Shown one piece after another: positions 49,110-58,497 of a DNA stretch of 64,000 nt. Below the pieces are notes generated by a model. That model was not told where the DNA came from, did no database searches, and was given only the letters and a program-made list of their open reading frames with translations. Both the position numbers and the translations under genes were made by a program. Each line of letters begins with the position of its first letter. The first letter of the stretch is position 1. The stretch comes from Bacteroidia bacterium (lineage in GTDB: Bacteria; Bacteroidota; Bacteroidia; UKL13-3). The stretch spans positions 994 to 64,993 of the forward strand of contig JALONK010000013.1 in assembly GCA_025454975.1 (NCBI GenBank), written 5' to 3'.

Positions 49110-49961
49110 CTATTGATCTTCTAATAATACATACTGAACGTACATAGTATATACACCAGGTTGGGCATAAGAACCGGCTCCGTTTACAGACACTAAGTCT
49201 TGTGACGTTGTTCCATCAGCGGCGAAAGCCATAGGGAAGATTGATGGTAAACCCGGAACGATACGGTAATCAATACTGTAGTAATAATCGCTGGTTAGTG
49301 CACCTGCTGCTGCAGTTAAATAACTTCCACCGGCAACTGCATCATCACCAACACCTGTAGTTCCTTTGTGTCCGGCAATGTATTTGTTGTTAGCAGTTGG
49401 AGCTGTACCGGTATTTGCAGGGTCAACATATAAGCTGTTTGAGCCCGATGGAGTAGCAACCGGTGGGAATGCAGCGCTATAATCGGCGAAAGCACCTGTA
49501 GCTGCTGCTGCATTAGCATTTGGTGTGTTTTGGCGTAATTCCAAAGCACTTAAAGGAATACGGTTGGTTGAACGAGTTCCGCCTGTACCGTAGCGAATTT
49601 GTTGATCCCAGAAACCTGCTGCAACGTTTCCGTTAGAACGGCCAATTGCATAAAGGTCCCAATTAACAGTTGAACTGATTTTTAAAATTGTTGCACCATA
49701 CTTGGTAATACCTGCATAATACTCATTGATGTTATCGAACGTGAAATCAATTTGATTTGGCGTTGACATGTTCAATTGTAAAATAGGTTGTAAATCCATA
49801 GTGATGGTAACATCCTTTTGATCTTGTAACTGAGCGAATGCTCCGTTTGAGAATAAAAATGCTGCGGCTGCGCAAGCGATTACTTTTAGAGTTTTCATAG
49901 TGTAATTATGTTGAGTTTTGTCGATACAAACTTTCAACAAATAATTAACATAAAAAAGCAA
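49110..49961 (-). CDS. Secreted fibre-subunit-like protein with Ala/Gly/Thr-rich low-complexity region (candidate major subunit)
   Basis: Signal peptide MKTLKVIACAAAAFLFSNGAFAQ (probable start 49898); C-terminus YYSIDYRIVPG...GVYTMYVQYVLLEDQ. Coding DNA is noticeably more GC-rich than its surroundings. Confidence 0.4.
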   Translation of the reverse strand: MLFYVNYLLKVCIDKTQHNYTMKTLKVIACAAAAFLFSNGAFAQLQDQKDVTITMDLQPILQLNMSTPNQIDFTFDNINEYYAGITKYGATILKISSTVNWDLYAIGRSNGNVAAGFWDQQIRYGTGGTRSTNRIPLSALELRQNTPNANAAAATGAFADYSAAFPPVATPSGSNSLYVDPANTGTAPTANNKYIAGHKGTTGVGDDAVAGGSYLTAAAGALTSDYYYSIDYRIVPGLPSIFPMAFAADGTTSQDLVSVNGAGSYAQPGVYTMYVQYVLLEDQ

Positions 49962-50020
49962 ATGAATGGCTGTTTAAAAAAATAAAATGCAAACGCCTGA
50001 TTTACAGCAATAAAAAAATA

Positions 50021-50069
50021 AGCTATTTATACTTTTTAACAGCTATTTAATTTTTATAGCAGCTATTTA
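50021..50069. repeat. Three direct repeats AGCTATTTA (TAAATAGCT on the gene strand) at exact 20-bp period
   Basis: Copies at 50021, 50041, 50061. The last overlaps the stop codon of the chaperone-like gene. Confidence 0.6.
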
Positions 50070-50909
50070 TTCTATTGTAAAGGATAATTCTGCAGCTTCA
50101 ACAGCCTCTTTATTCCCATAATCTAGAATCCCTACAGCAGAATACTTACCCTTTTCGAGTTTTTCAGGTAAAGCAAACATATAATTACGTATATAACCCG
50201 GAAGGATTGTAAATCTTTTAACACTTAATTTTTGCTGTTTGCCGGTGCTTAGGTTGGTAAGCTCTACATAAGCAATACAACTGGCTATTCCGTCTCCTGC
50301 GTTACGTAATACCATATCAATTTTTGGCTGATTGTTTAGGTTTTGAAAAGTAAAGTTTTGAAACTCTACCTTATTATTTTTAACACTTGGTGGGTTTTGA
50401 TAAATATAAACACCAAACGCAAAGGTTGGAATTACGCCTAAAGAAATGGCCTTGTCATTTCCTGCATTGTCAATTGCTTCTCGTTCTTTTTTCTCTTCAA
50501 TCCACAGCAATCCCCAAGCAGCATGATTAGTACTGTCGGTGTCGGGAACTGTTAACGTAACAGCAATTTTCTTTACTTCTCCGGGTTTTAATTCGAAAAA
50601 AGTAGGGGCAGCACTAATCCAATTACTGATACCAAATTTCGAAGTTCCCGGGGCTAGAAACTCTGATTTTCCTGCATTGTCTGCATCATAATCAGAAAAT
50701 CGAACATTAAATGTTTTGGAAGAACGAGTCTCGTTTGTAACCTTTACTTCAACAGTTCTTGTTTCGCCAGGCTTTAAATTAAAGTTGATGTGTGAAGGGG
50801 TAACCGCAACGCCTACATCTCTTAATGTTGAATCATTCGGGTTTTTTTGTGCAAAAACAACCGAAACATTCAACAATAAATAAGTCAAGATAATGTTAAT
50901 ATGCTTCAT
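50067..50909 (-). CDS. Secreted two-domain Ig-fold protein, candidate PapD-like periplasmic chaperone
   Basis: 280 aa. Signal peptide MKHINIILTYLLLNVSVVFAQ; strand patterns VAVTPSHINFNLKPGETRTVEVKVTNE and SAAPTFFELKPGEVKKIAVTL reminiscent of PapD N-domain. First gene of the co-directional 4-gene cluster. Confidence 0.35.
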   Translation of the reverse strand: MKHINIILTYLLLNVSVVFAQKNPNDSTLRDVGVAVTPSHINFNLKPGETRTVEVKVTNETRSSKTFNVRFSDYDADNAGKSEFLAPGTSKFGISNWISAAPTFFELKPGEVKKIAVTLTVPDTDSTNHAAWGLLWIEEKKEREAIDNAGNDKAISLGVIPTFAFGVYIYQNPPSVKNNKVEFQNFTFQNLNNQPKIDMVLRNAGDGIASCIAYVELTNLSTGKQQKLSVKRFTILPGYIRNYMFALPEKLEKGKYSAVGILDYGNKEAVEAAELSFTIE

Positions 50910-51062
50910 ATATAAATAATTTTAGGCAAATTAGGCAGTATCCTTTCATGCTCACAATGAAGTTGGTGAATTAATATCACAACATTGTGTGTTAAATGTG
51001 CTAAATTTTATACGAATGGCTCGCTTTTTGAAGTTATATTTGATATAATCACAATTATTTGA

Positions 51063-52478
51063 ATGTTTATGGACGCTGATGATTTTTTAGATGAAGAAAT
51101 TCAATCCAACCTGCAAAGGTTTGAAAGGATGATGAGAAATAAAACACGCGAATATTTTGAGGCGGAGGAACTGGAGGATATTTGCGATTATTACATAAGA
51201 AAAGAAAAGCCCAAAAAAGCGCTCGAGGTTCTATATTTTGCTGAAGAAATATATCCAAACACGCTATCCTTCAAAATTCAAAAAGCGGAGTTGTTTTTGA
51301 TGTTAGACAAGGTTGATGACGCCCTTGAATTATTAGATCATGTTGCAGTTTTTGAACCTAACAATGATGAATTGTGGCTGATTAAAGGTGAAGCATTGCT
51401 GCTAAAAGGCGACTTTAAAGACGCTGCTGAGGCTTTTGAACAAGTATTAATTTACACAGATGAGCGTGTTGATATGCTGTTTGAAATTGCCTATATATAT
51501 GATGATAACAACATGTTTGAACAAGCAGCCTATTACTTTAAGTTGATTATTGCAGAAGAACCGGATAATGAACAAGCCTTTTTTGAACTTGCCAATTCTT
51601 ATGAAATTACCGGCAACCTCAACGAAGCTATTCAGATATTAAACCGATTAATTGATGTAGATCCTTATAATACGCTAGCTTGGTACAACATCGGATTAAT
51701 GTATAGCAAAGTTGGTCTTTTTGAAAAAGCGGTTTGGGCATTTGATTATTGTTTAGCAATTGATGAGGAGATGGCGCCTGCAAGGTTCAATAAGGCTAAT
51801 TCACTTGTAGAACTTGAGCAATTTGATGAGGCAATCGCTGAATATCTTTATACCATTGAACATGATGGTGCAGATGCAATCGCTTATTGCAATTTGGCCG
51901 GATGTTATGAACGCCTTGAAAAAAACGAAGAAGCAAAACTGTTTTATAAAAAAGCGGCTAAGCTCAATCCTAATATCGCAGAAGCTTGGTTTGGCATTGG
52001 GTTAACATACGATAAAGAGCATAAAGACAAAGAAGCTTTGCAATATGTGAAGCGAGCAGTTGTGCTCGAACCTGAAAATACCGAATATTTACTTGTGTTG
52101 GCCGAATTACAATATAGGCTTAACAAAACGTCAGACGCCGTTGATACATACAGAGAAATTGTTGCAATAGATCCTGAAATGATGGCGGCTTGGCTGGATT
52201 GGTCATACATATTATATGTTGAAAACCAAATTGATCAAGCCGTTGCATTGTTAATGGAAGCATTAATTAATCATCCAAATTGTCACCAATATTATTACCG
52301 ATTATGCTGTTATTATTACGCATTGGGAAAAACAAAAATTGCTACCCAGTGTTTGGAAGACGGATTAAATATTAACTTTGCCGACCATTTTCTGGTGTTC
52401 GAAGTGTTACCCGAACTGGCAAATGTAAATACCATAACAGATATTATAGAAGCATACCGTAATAATGAGAAATTTTAA
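51063..52478 (+). CDS. TPR-repeat protein
   Basis: 471 aa; about ten TPR units. TATATTTG -7 element 23 nt upstream. Confidence 0.75.
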   Translation: MFMDADDFLDEEIQSNLQRFERMMRNKTREYFEAEELEDICDYYIRKEKPKKALEVLYFAEEIYPNTLSFKIQKAELFLMLDKVDDALELLDHVAVFEPNNDELWLIKGEALLLKGDFKDAAEAFEQVLIYTDERVDMLFEIAYIYDDNNMFEQAAYYFKLIIAEEPDNEQAFFELANSYEITGNLNEAIQILNRLIDVDPYNTLAWYNIGLMYSKVGLFEKAVWAFDYCLAIDEEMAPARFNKANSLVELEQFDEAIAEYLYTIEHDGADAIAYCNLAGCYERLEKNEEAKLFYKKAAKLNPNIAEAWFGIGLTYDKEHKDKEALQYVKRAVVLEPENTEYLLVLAELQYRLNKTSDAVDTYREIVAIDPEMMAAWLDWSYILYVENQIDQAVALLMEALINHPNCHQYYYRLCCYYYALGKTKIATQCLEDGLNINFADHFLVFEVLPELANVNTITDIIEAYRNNEKF

Positions 52479-53256
52479 GTTAAAACAACTACCGGAGCGT
52501 ACTGCTAAACCAAGAAATAATGGCCTAACCATGGTTATGGATAAGGGCTTAAGCTTAAACGAGGCTGCAAACTTTATTGAAGCATGCGGCGATTATGTTG
52601 ATTTAGTGAAGCTTGGATTTGGGACAAGTATTGTTACACCCAAGTTAGAGGAAAAAATTGATTTGTATAAAAAATCAGGAATAGGCGTGTACTTTGGAGG
52701 TACTTTGTTCGAGGCGTTTATTGTTCGTAATCAGTTTGATGATTTTTTGTCATTAATTGATCGTTATAAACTTCCTTATATTGAAGTATCTGACGGCTCA
52801 ATTGAAATGCCACATGAAGTGAAACTCGAATATATTCATAAATTAAGTAAATATGCAACCGTATTGAGTGAAGTTGGGAGTAAAGATGTAGAAAAAATTA
52901 TTCCCCCATACCAATGGATTGAGCTGATGAAGGCTGAATTAAAAGCCGGTGCATGGAAGGTTATTGCCGAAGCTCGCGAAGCAGGAAATGTTGGTGTGTA
53001 TCGCAGTAGTGGTGAGGTAAGAGAAGGCTTAGTTCAAGAAATCTTAACAAAAATTCCGGGTGAAAAAATTATTTGGGAGGCTCCTCAAAAAGCTCAACAA
53101 ACATATTTCATTAAATTGGTAGATGCCAATGTAAACCTTGGAAATATTGCTCCTAACGATGTTATCCCTTTAGAAACTTTACGCATTGGATTACGAAGTG
53201 ATACCTTCTCGTTTTTCTTGAATAAATCAGCGAAATACATTGGCAAAAAAAAGTAG
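52465..53256 (+). CDS. comA: (2R)-phospho-3-sulfolactate synthase (ComA) family protein
   Basis: 263 aa. Colinear with ComA/PF02679 (GLTMVMDKG...VDLVKLGFGTS). Overlaps TPR gene by 14 nt. Confidence 0.6.
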   Translation: MRNFKLKQLPERTAKPRNNGLTMVMDKGLSLNEAANFIEACGDYVDLVKLGFGTSIVTPKLEEKIDLYKKSGIGVYFGGTLFEAFIVRNQFDDFLSLIDRYKLPYIEVSDGSIEMPHEVKLEYIHKLSKYATVLSEVGSKDVEKIIPPYQWIELMKAELKAGAWKVIAEAREAGNVGVYRSSGEVREGLVQEILTKIPGEKIIWEAPQKAQQTYFIKLVDANVNLGNIAPNDVIPLETLRIGLRSDTFSFFLNKSAKYIGKKK

Positions 53257-53282
53257 TTTTATTGTTGATTGAAAACAACTAA

Positions 53283-53741
53283 ATGATAGATATGAGTTTA
53301 CAAGATCAGATTAATGCAGATGTAATTACTGCCATGAAGGCAAAGGATGAGGTTTCTGTTAGGGGATTAAGAGCGCTCAAGTCAGCATTATTACTTGCTG
53401 CAACATCAGGAGGTACTAATGGCAAGGTAAGCGACGATGAAGCCTTGAAAATATTTCAGAAGTTGGCTAAACAAAGAAGAGAAAGTATTGAAATTTTCAA
53501 GAACAGTAATCGAATTGACTTAGCAACAGTTGAAGAAGAAGAATTACAAATCATTGAAAAGTATCTGCCAAAACAATTAGGCAATGATGAGATAAAAGCG
53601 TTTTTGTTGGAGCTTATTAAAGAGCTAAATGCCTCTAGTGCTGCCGACTTTGGTCGAGTCATGGGAGTGGCAACCAAACGCTTGTCGTCAGTTGCAGATG
53701 GAAAAGTGGTGTCAGCCATATTAAAAGAAATTCTAGCATAA
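53283..53741 (+). CDS. GatB/YqeY domain protein
   Basis: 152 aa; YqeY-like N-terminal motif. Confidence 0.7.
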   Translation: MIDMSLQDQINADVITAMKAKDEVSVRGLRALKSALLLAATSGGTNGKVSDDEALKIFQKLAKQRRESIEIFKNSNRIDLATVEEEELQIIEKYLPKQLGNDEIKAFLLELIKELNASSAADFGRVMGVATKRLSSVADGKVVSAILKEILA

Positions 53742-53819
53742 ATAAAGAATGTCTAAAAAGTTATAGGGCACACCTTGGGGTGCCCTTATGTGTGTTTATT
53801 AATTACCATTGTTAAGAAT

Positions 53820-54530
53820 ATGACAACTAACGAAGAAAGAATTAAAAAGGCTTTTGAAAAGAAGAATTGGCCGGAAATAAAAGTAACCGACAGTTGGGCC
53901 ACGTTTAAAATCATGGCCGAATTTGTTGAAGGGTTTGAAAAAATGAGTCGGATTGGTCCTTGTGTTTCTATTTTTGGTTCGGCCCGCACCAAATCAAATC
54001 ATAAATATTATTTGTTGGCCGAAGAAATTGCAGCTAAACTTGTTCAAGCTGGTTTTGGCGTGATTACAGGAGGAGGCCCCGGAATTATGGAGGCAGGAAA
54101 TAAAGGTGCTTATGAAGCAAGCGGCAAATCAGTTGGCTTAGGAATAGAATTACCTTTTGAGCAATTCATCAATAAATATGTTGATAGAGATAAGATGATT
54201 AATTTCGATTATTTCTTCGTCAGAAAGGTTATGTTTATGAAATATGCTCAAGGGTTTATTGCAATGCCTGGTGGTTTTGGTACAATGGACGAATTATTTG
54301 AAGCGCTCACATTAATCCAAACCCATAAAGTAGCAAGATTCCCGGTGGTATTAGTTGGAAGCGAATATTGGAAAGGACTTATTGAATGGTTAAAAATTAC
54401 TATGTGCAGCGAGGAACACAATATCAATCCGGAAGACATGGATTTATTTAAATTGGTTGATTCGGCCGAAGATGCCGTTAATTACATCCTGGATTATTAT
54501 GCAGATATGTCAATCAGTCCTAATTTTTAA
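53820..54530 (+). CDS. LOG-family (TIGR00730) cytokinin-riboside-5'-monophosphate phosphoribohydrolase-like protein
   Basis: Motifs GGGPGIMEAGNKGA and PGGFGTMDELFE. The ORF-track start 53775 is rejected: a terminator-like hairpin (AGGGCAC..GTGCCCT) lies at 53766-53790; the start is taken at MTTNEER. Confidence 0.75.
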   Translation: MTTNEERIKKAFEKKNWPEIKVTDSWATFKIMAEFVEGFEKMSRIGPCVSIFGSARTKSNHKYYLLAEEIAAKLVQAGFGVITGGGPGIMEAGNKGAYEASGKSVGLGIELPFEQFINKYVDRDKMINFDYFFVRKVMFMKYAQGFIAMPGGFGTMDELFEALTLIQTHKVARFPVVLVGSEYWKGLIEWLKITMCSEEHNINPEDMDLFKLVDSAEDAVNYILDYYADMSISPNF

Positions 54531-54688
54531 GAATCTTAATTAGATAAAACTGAAAAAAATGAAGTGTTGATATAAGTAAATGGTTACCGTTTATTGGAAT
54601 AATGTATATTCACAATATTATCCCTGTTGAATTAAACCGGTAAAAGGATATTATTATATCACAAAAAACAATTTAAGAGAAAACAAAC

Positions 54689-56950
54689 ATGAGTTCATTA
54701 AAGGAAGATGCTTTAAAATATCATAGTAAAGGCCGCCCGGGCAAAATTGCGGTTGTGCCAACAAAACCTACTAATACCAAACGCGATTTAAGTTTAGCTT
54801 ATTCGCCCGGTGTAGCTGAGCCTTGTATTGCTATTGCTGAAAATAAAGAAGACGTTTATAAATATACGGCTAAAGGAAATTTAGTTGCCGTAATAAGCAA
54901 TGGTACAGCCGTCTTAGGACTTGGTGATATCGGTCCGGAAGCCTCTAAACCTGTTATGGAAGGTAAAGGTGTACTGTTTAAAATTTTTGCTGATATTGAT
55001 GTGTTTGATATTGAAATCAATACAAAAGATACAGAAGAGTTTATTAAAACAGTTAAAGCAATAAGTCCAACTTTTGGTGGAATTAATTTAGAAGATATTA
55101 AAGCTCCTGAATGTTTTGAAATTGAAAGTCGTTTAAAAGAGGAGTTGGATATTCCTATTATGCACGATGACCAGCATGGTACAGCCATTATCACAGGCGC
55201 CGGACTGTTGAATGCATTAGAGCTTGTAGGAAAAAGAATCGAAGATGTAAAGGTAGTGTTTAATGGAGCCGGAGCTTCGGCAATGAGTTGTGCTAAAATC
55301 TTTTTAAGCCTAGGCGTTAATAAGGATAACCTTATCATGTGCGACAGTAAAGGTGTCATAAGAAAAGATATACCTAATCTCGATGAATCAAAACTTTTCT
55401 TCGCTACCGATCATCCTGTTACAACATTAACCGAAGCAATGAAAAATGCAGATGTGTTTGTTGGGTTAAGCAAAGGTAATGTGGTAACTAAAGAAATGGT
55501 AAGAAGTATGGCTAACGATCCTATTGTGTTTGCTTTAGCAAATCCCGACCCAGAGATATCATATCAAGACGCACTTGATTCGCGTCCGGATATCATTATT
55601 GCTACCGGTAGAAGCGACCATCCTAATCAGGTAAATAATGTGTTGGGATTCCCCTACATATTCCGTGGTGCACTTGATGTTAGAGCAACTAAAATTAATG
55701 AAGAAATGAAACTGGCAGCAGTACATGCTTTGGCGCAGTTAACAAAAGAGCCTGTTCCTGAAATTGTAAACATGGCTTATAACGAAAAAAATATTTCATT
55801 CAGCAGAACTTACATCATTCCTAAACCGCTCGACCCTCGTTTAATTACAACAGTTTCTCCGGCAGTAGCAAAGGCTGCCATGGAAAGCGGCGTGGCAAAA
55901 GGTACTATCAACGATTGGGAGGCTTATCATAACGAATTACTTAATCGCTTAGGTAAAGAGAGTAACTTCATTCGTGTAATAGGAAGCAAGGCTAGAAAAA
56001 ACCCCAAACGTGTGGTATTTGCCGAAGCCGATAATTATAAGATTTTACGTGCCGCACAAATTGTTAAGGATGAAGGTTTAGCCATTCCAATTTTATTGGG
56101 TGACAAACAAAAAATTCAAGATATTCTTGATGAGAATATGATTAAACTGAAAGATGTACAAATCATTAATCCATTGGAAGAAGAGGCAAAGAGGGCACAG
56201 TTTGCAGCATTGTTTTATGAAAAACGTCAGCGGAAAGGGATTACCTTGTATGAGGCCAATAAATTAATGCGCGACAGAAACCACTTTGCACCGATGATGG
56301 TTGAAACAGGGGAGGCAGATGCGATGATTTCAGGATTAACAAAGAATTATCCGAGCACGATTCGTCCGGCACTTCAAATTTTAGGAAAAGAGGAAGGAAT
56401 TAATAAAGTTGCCGGGATGTATGTAATGTTAACCAACCAAGGTGCATTATTCTTTTCGGATACTACTGTTAATAAAGACCCTAATGTTGATGATGTTGTT
56501 GATATAACTAAACTTACTTATGATGCAGTTAAAAAGTTCAATATCAACCCAAGTATAGCATTATTATCTTACAGTAATTTTGGAAGTGCAGATGGAAACA
56601 CACCAAACAAAATGGCACAGGCACGAGAAATATTAAAGCAACGCTACCCCTTTATGGTTGTTGATGGTGATATTCAGGCCAATATTGCCTTAAATCAAAA
56701 AATGTTAAAAGAGAATTTTCCATTTAGCGAACTGTGCGATAGTCCTGTTAACACATTAATCTTCCCAAATCTGTCTGCCGGTAATATTGCATATAAGTTA
56801 CTGCAACAGGCTGGTGGAGCAGAAGCTATCGGTCCTGTACTCTTAGGTTTAAAAAAGTCGGCACATGTATTACAACTTGGAAGCAGTGTACGCGAAATTG
56901 TAAACATGGTGATTATAGCCGTAGTTGATGCGCAAAGCAAAGAGGCTTAA
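54689..56950 (+). CDS. maeB: NADP-dependent malic enzyme (malic enzyme + PTA-like domain)
   Basis: 753 aa; malic enzyme NAD(P)-binding and C-terminal phosphate-acetyltransferase-like domain. Confidence 0.9.
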   Translation: MSSLKEDALKYHSKGRPGKIAVVPTKPTNTKRDLSLAYSPGVAEPCIAIAENKEDVYKYTAKGNLVAVISNGTAVLGLGDIGPEASKPVMEGKGVLFKIFADIDVFDIEINTKDTEEFIKTVKAISPTFGGINLEDIKAPECFEIESRLKEELDIPIMHDDQHGTAIITGAGLLNALELVGKRIEDVKVVFNGAGASAMSCAKIFLSLGVNKDNLIMCDSKGVIRKDIPNLDESKLFFATDHPVTTLTEAMKNADVFVGLSKGNVVTKEMVRSMANDPIVFALANPDPEISYQDALDSRPDIIIATGRSDHPNQVNNVLGFPYIFRGALDVRATKINEEMKLAAVHALAQLTKEPVPEIVNMAYNEKNISFSRTYIIPKPLDPRLITTVSPAVAKAAMESGVAKGTINDWEAYHNELLNRLGKESNFIRVIGSKARKNPKRVVFAEADNYKILRAAQIVKDEGLAIPILLGDKQKIQDILDENMIKLKDVQIINPLEEEAKRAQFAALFYEKRQRKGITLYEANKLMRDRNHFAPMMVETGEADAMISGLTKNYPSTIRPALQILGKEEGINKVAGMYVMLTNQGALFFSDTTVNKDPNVDDVVDITKLTYDAVKKFNINPSIALLSYSNFGSADGNTPNKMAQAREILKQRYPFMVVDGDIQANIALNQKMLKENFPFSELCDSPVNTLIFPNLSAGNIAYKLLQQAGGAEAIGPVLLGLKKSAHVLQLGSSVREIVNMVIIAVVDAQSKEA

Positions 56951-56971
56951 AGGAAACTCATTATAAATTAA

Positions 56972-57008
56972 AACACCGGCATCATTTAAGTGTCGGTGTT
57001 TTTTATTT
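56972..57008 (+). terminator. Rho-independent terminator after maeB
   Basis: AACACCGGCA-loop-TGTCGGTGTT followed by TTTTATTT. Confidence 0.6.
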
Positions 57009-57121
57009 GTATTATAACGAGTTGCTTTATAGAATTGCCGGTTCTTAACAGATTATTGTTTAATAATCATTTCATCTATCAATGATTGTTCATTAACAAA
57101 TTTGTGGAATAGCAACAAATA

Positions 57122-57865
57122 TTGCAAATTGCAGGCTCAATCTTGCTTTTGCATCTTATGAAATATAAAAGAGTGCTCCTCAAACTTAGCGGCGAATCAC
57201 TAATGGGTTCACAACAATATGGTATCGACCCCAAAATTCTTGAACAATATGCTGCTGATATTAAGTCGGTAATGGACTCAGGTGTTCAGGTAGCCATTGT
57301 TATAGGGGGCGGAAATATTTTTAGAGGAGTGCAAGGCGTATCAGGAGGAATTGTTGATAGAGCCCAAGGCGATTATATGGGAATGTTGGCAACAGTAATA
57401 AACGCAATGGCCTTGCAGGGAGCCCTGGAAAAGGCCGGCATTAAAACTCGACTGCAAAGTGCAATAAAAATGGAGCAAATCTGTGAACCATTTATTAGAA
57501 GAAGGGCAATGAGGCATTTAGAAAAAGGCAGGGTAGTAATTTTTGGTGCAGGTACCGGAAATCCATATTTTACTACCGATACAGCAGCCAGTTTACGTGC
57601 AGTAGAAATTGAAGCAAATCTTGTGCTTAAGGGTACTAGAGTTGATGGTATTTATACCGCTGACCCTGAGAAAGACTCAAGCGCAGTTCGTTATGAACAA
57701 GTAAGCTATAGTGAAGTGTATGAGAAAGGGCTTAACGTAATGGATTTAACTGCTATTACTTTATGCCAAGAAAATAAGCTTCCAATTGTGGTATTTGATA
57801 TGAATAAAGCAGGTAATTTTCTAAAGGTATGTGCCGGCGACAATGTAGGAACATTGGTAAGCTAA
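57122..57865 (+). CDS. pyrH: UMP kinase (probable true start MKYKRV at 57158)
   Basis: [10 protein letters not shown], amino-acid-kinase fold. Confidence 0.9.
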   Translation: MQIAGSILLLHLMKYKRVLLKLSGESLMGSQQYGIDPKILEQYAADIKSVMDSGVQVAIVIGGGNIFRGVQGVSGGIVDRAQGDYMGMLATVINAMALQGALEKAGIKTRLQSAIKMEQICEPFIRRRAMRHLEKGRVVIFGAGTGNPYFTTDTAASLRAVEIEANLVLKGTRVDGIYTADPEKDSSAVRYEQVSYSEVYEKGLNVMDLTAITLCQENKLPIVVFDMNKAGNFLKVCAGDNVGTLVS

Positions 57866-57912
57866 TGGATAAAATTTAATGTTTAATTTTGAAATATAAT
57901 AACAAATAGAAT

Positions 57913-58479
57913 ATGAGCGACCCAAGATTGAAAACCGTTTTTGAAGACATGAAATCAGCAATGGATAAAGCCATTGATCATGCAGCAACCGAGTTCACTA
58001 AAATTCGTGCAGGCAAAGCTCACCCGAGTATGCTTGATGCAGTAAAAGTTGATTATTATGGAAGCCTTGTTCCGTTAAGTCAAGTTGCCAACGTTAATAC
58101 TCCTGACGCAAAAACAATTACTATTCAACCTTGGGAAAAAAGTACATTACAAGCCATCGAAAAGGGAATCATTATTTCTAATTTAGGTTTTAATCCAAGT
58201 AATGATGGCAGCATGATTAGGGTTGTGCTCCCACCGTTAACCGAGGAAAGAAGAAAAGAAATTGTGAAAAAGGTAAAATCAGAAGCAGAACAAGCGAAAA
58301 TTACCATACGCAATATTAGAAAAGAGGCAAACGAAGCCATAAAAAGGTTGCAAAAAGAGGGCGTTGCTGAAGACGAAGCAAAAGTGGCAGAAACCAATGT
58401 GCAAAAAACTACCGACACCTTTATCAAAAAGATTGACGACCTTACAGCAGCCAAAGAAGCTGAAGTAATGCACGTTTAA
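57913..58479 (+). CDS. frr: Ribosome recycling factor
   Basis: 188 aa, canonical RRF. Confidence 0.92.
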   Translation: MSDPRLKTVFEDMKSAMDKAIDHAATEFTKIRAGKAHPSMLDAVKVDYYGSLVPLSQVANVNTPDAKTITIQPWEKSTLQAIEKGIIISNLGFNPSNDGSMIRVVLPPLTEERRKEIVKKVKSEAEQAKITIRNIRKEANEAIKRLQKEGVAEDEAKVAETNVQKTTDTFIKKIDDLTAAKEAEVMHV

Positions 58480-58497
58480 TTTGGTGTTCTACACGAT

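Noticed and set aside
50021-50069. CRISPR array
   Set aside because: Only three 9-bp repeats with 11-bp T-rich spacers and no cas genes. Too short and too regular to be a CRISPR. Reported as a regulatory repeat instead.
53775-53819. Upstream extension of the LOG-family ORF (MGCPYVCLLITIVKN...)
   Set aside because: The extension overlaps a terminator-like hairpin from the preceding gene and adds a hydrophobic non-conserved peptide. The start was moved to MTTNEER (53820).
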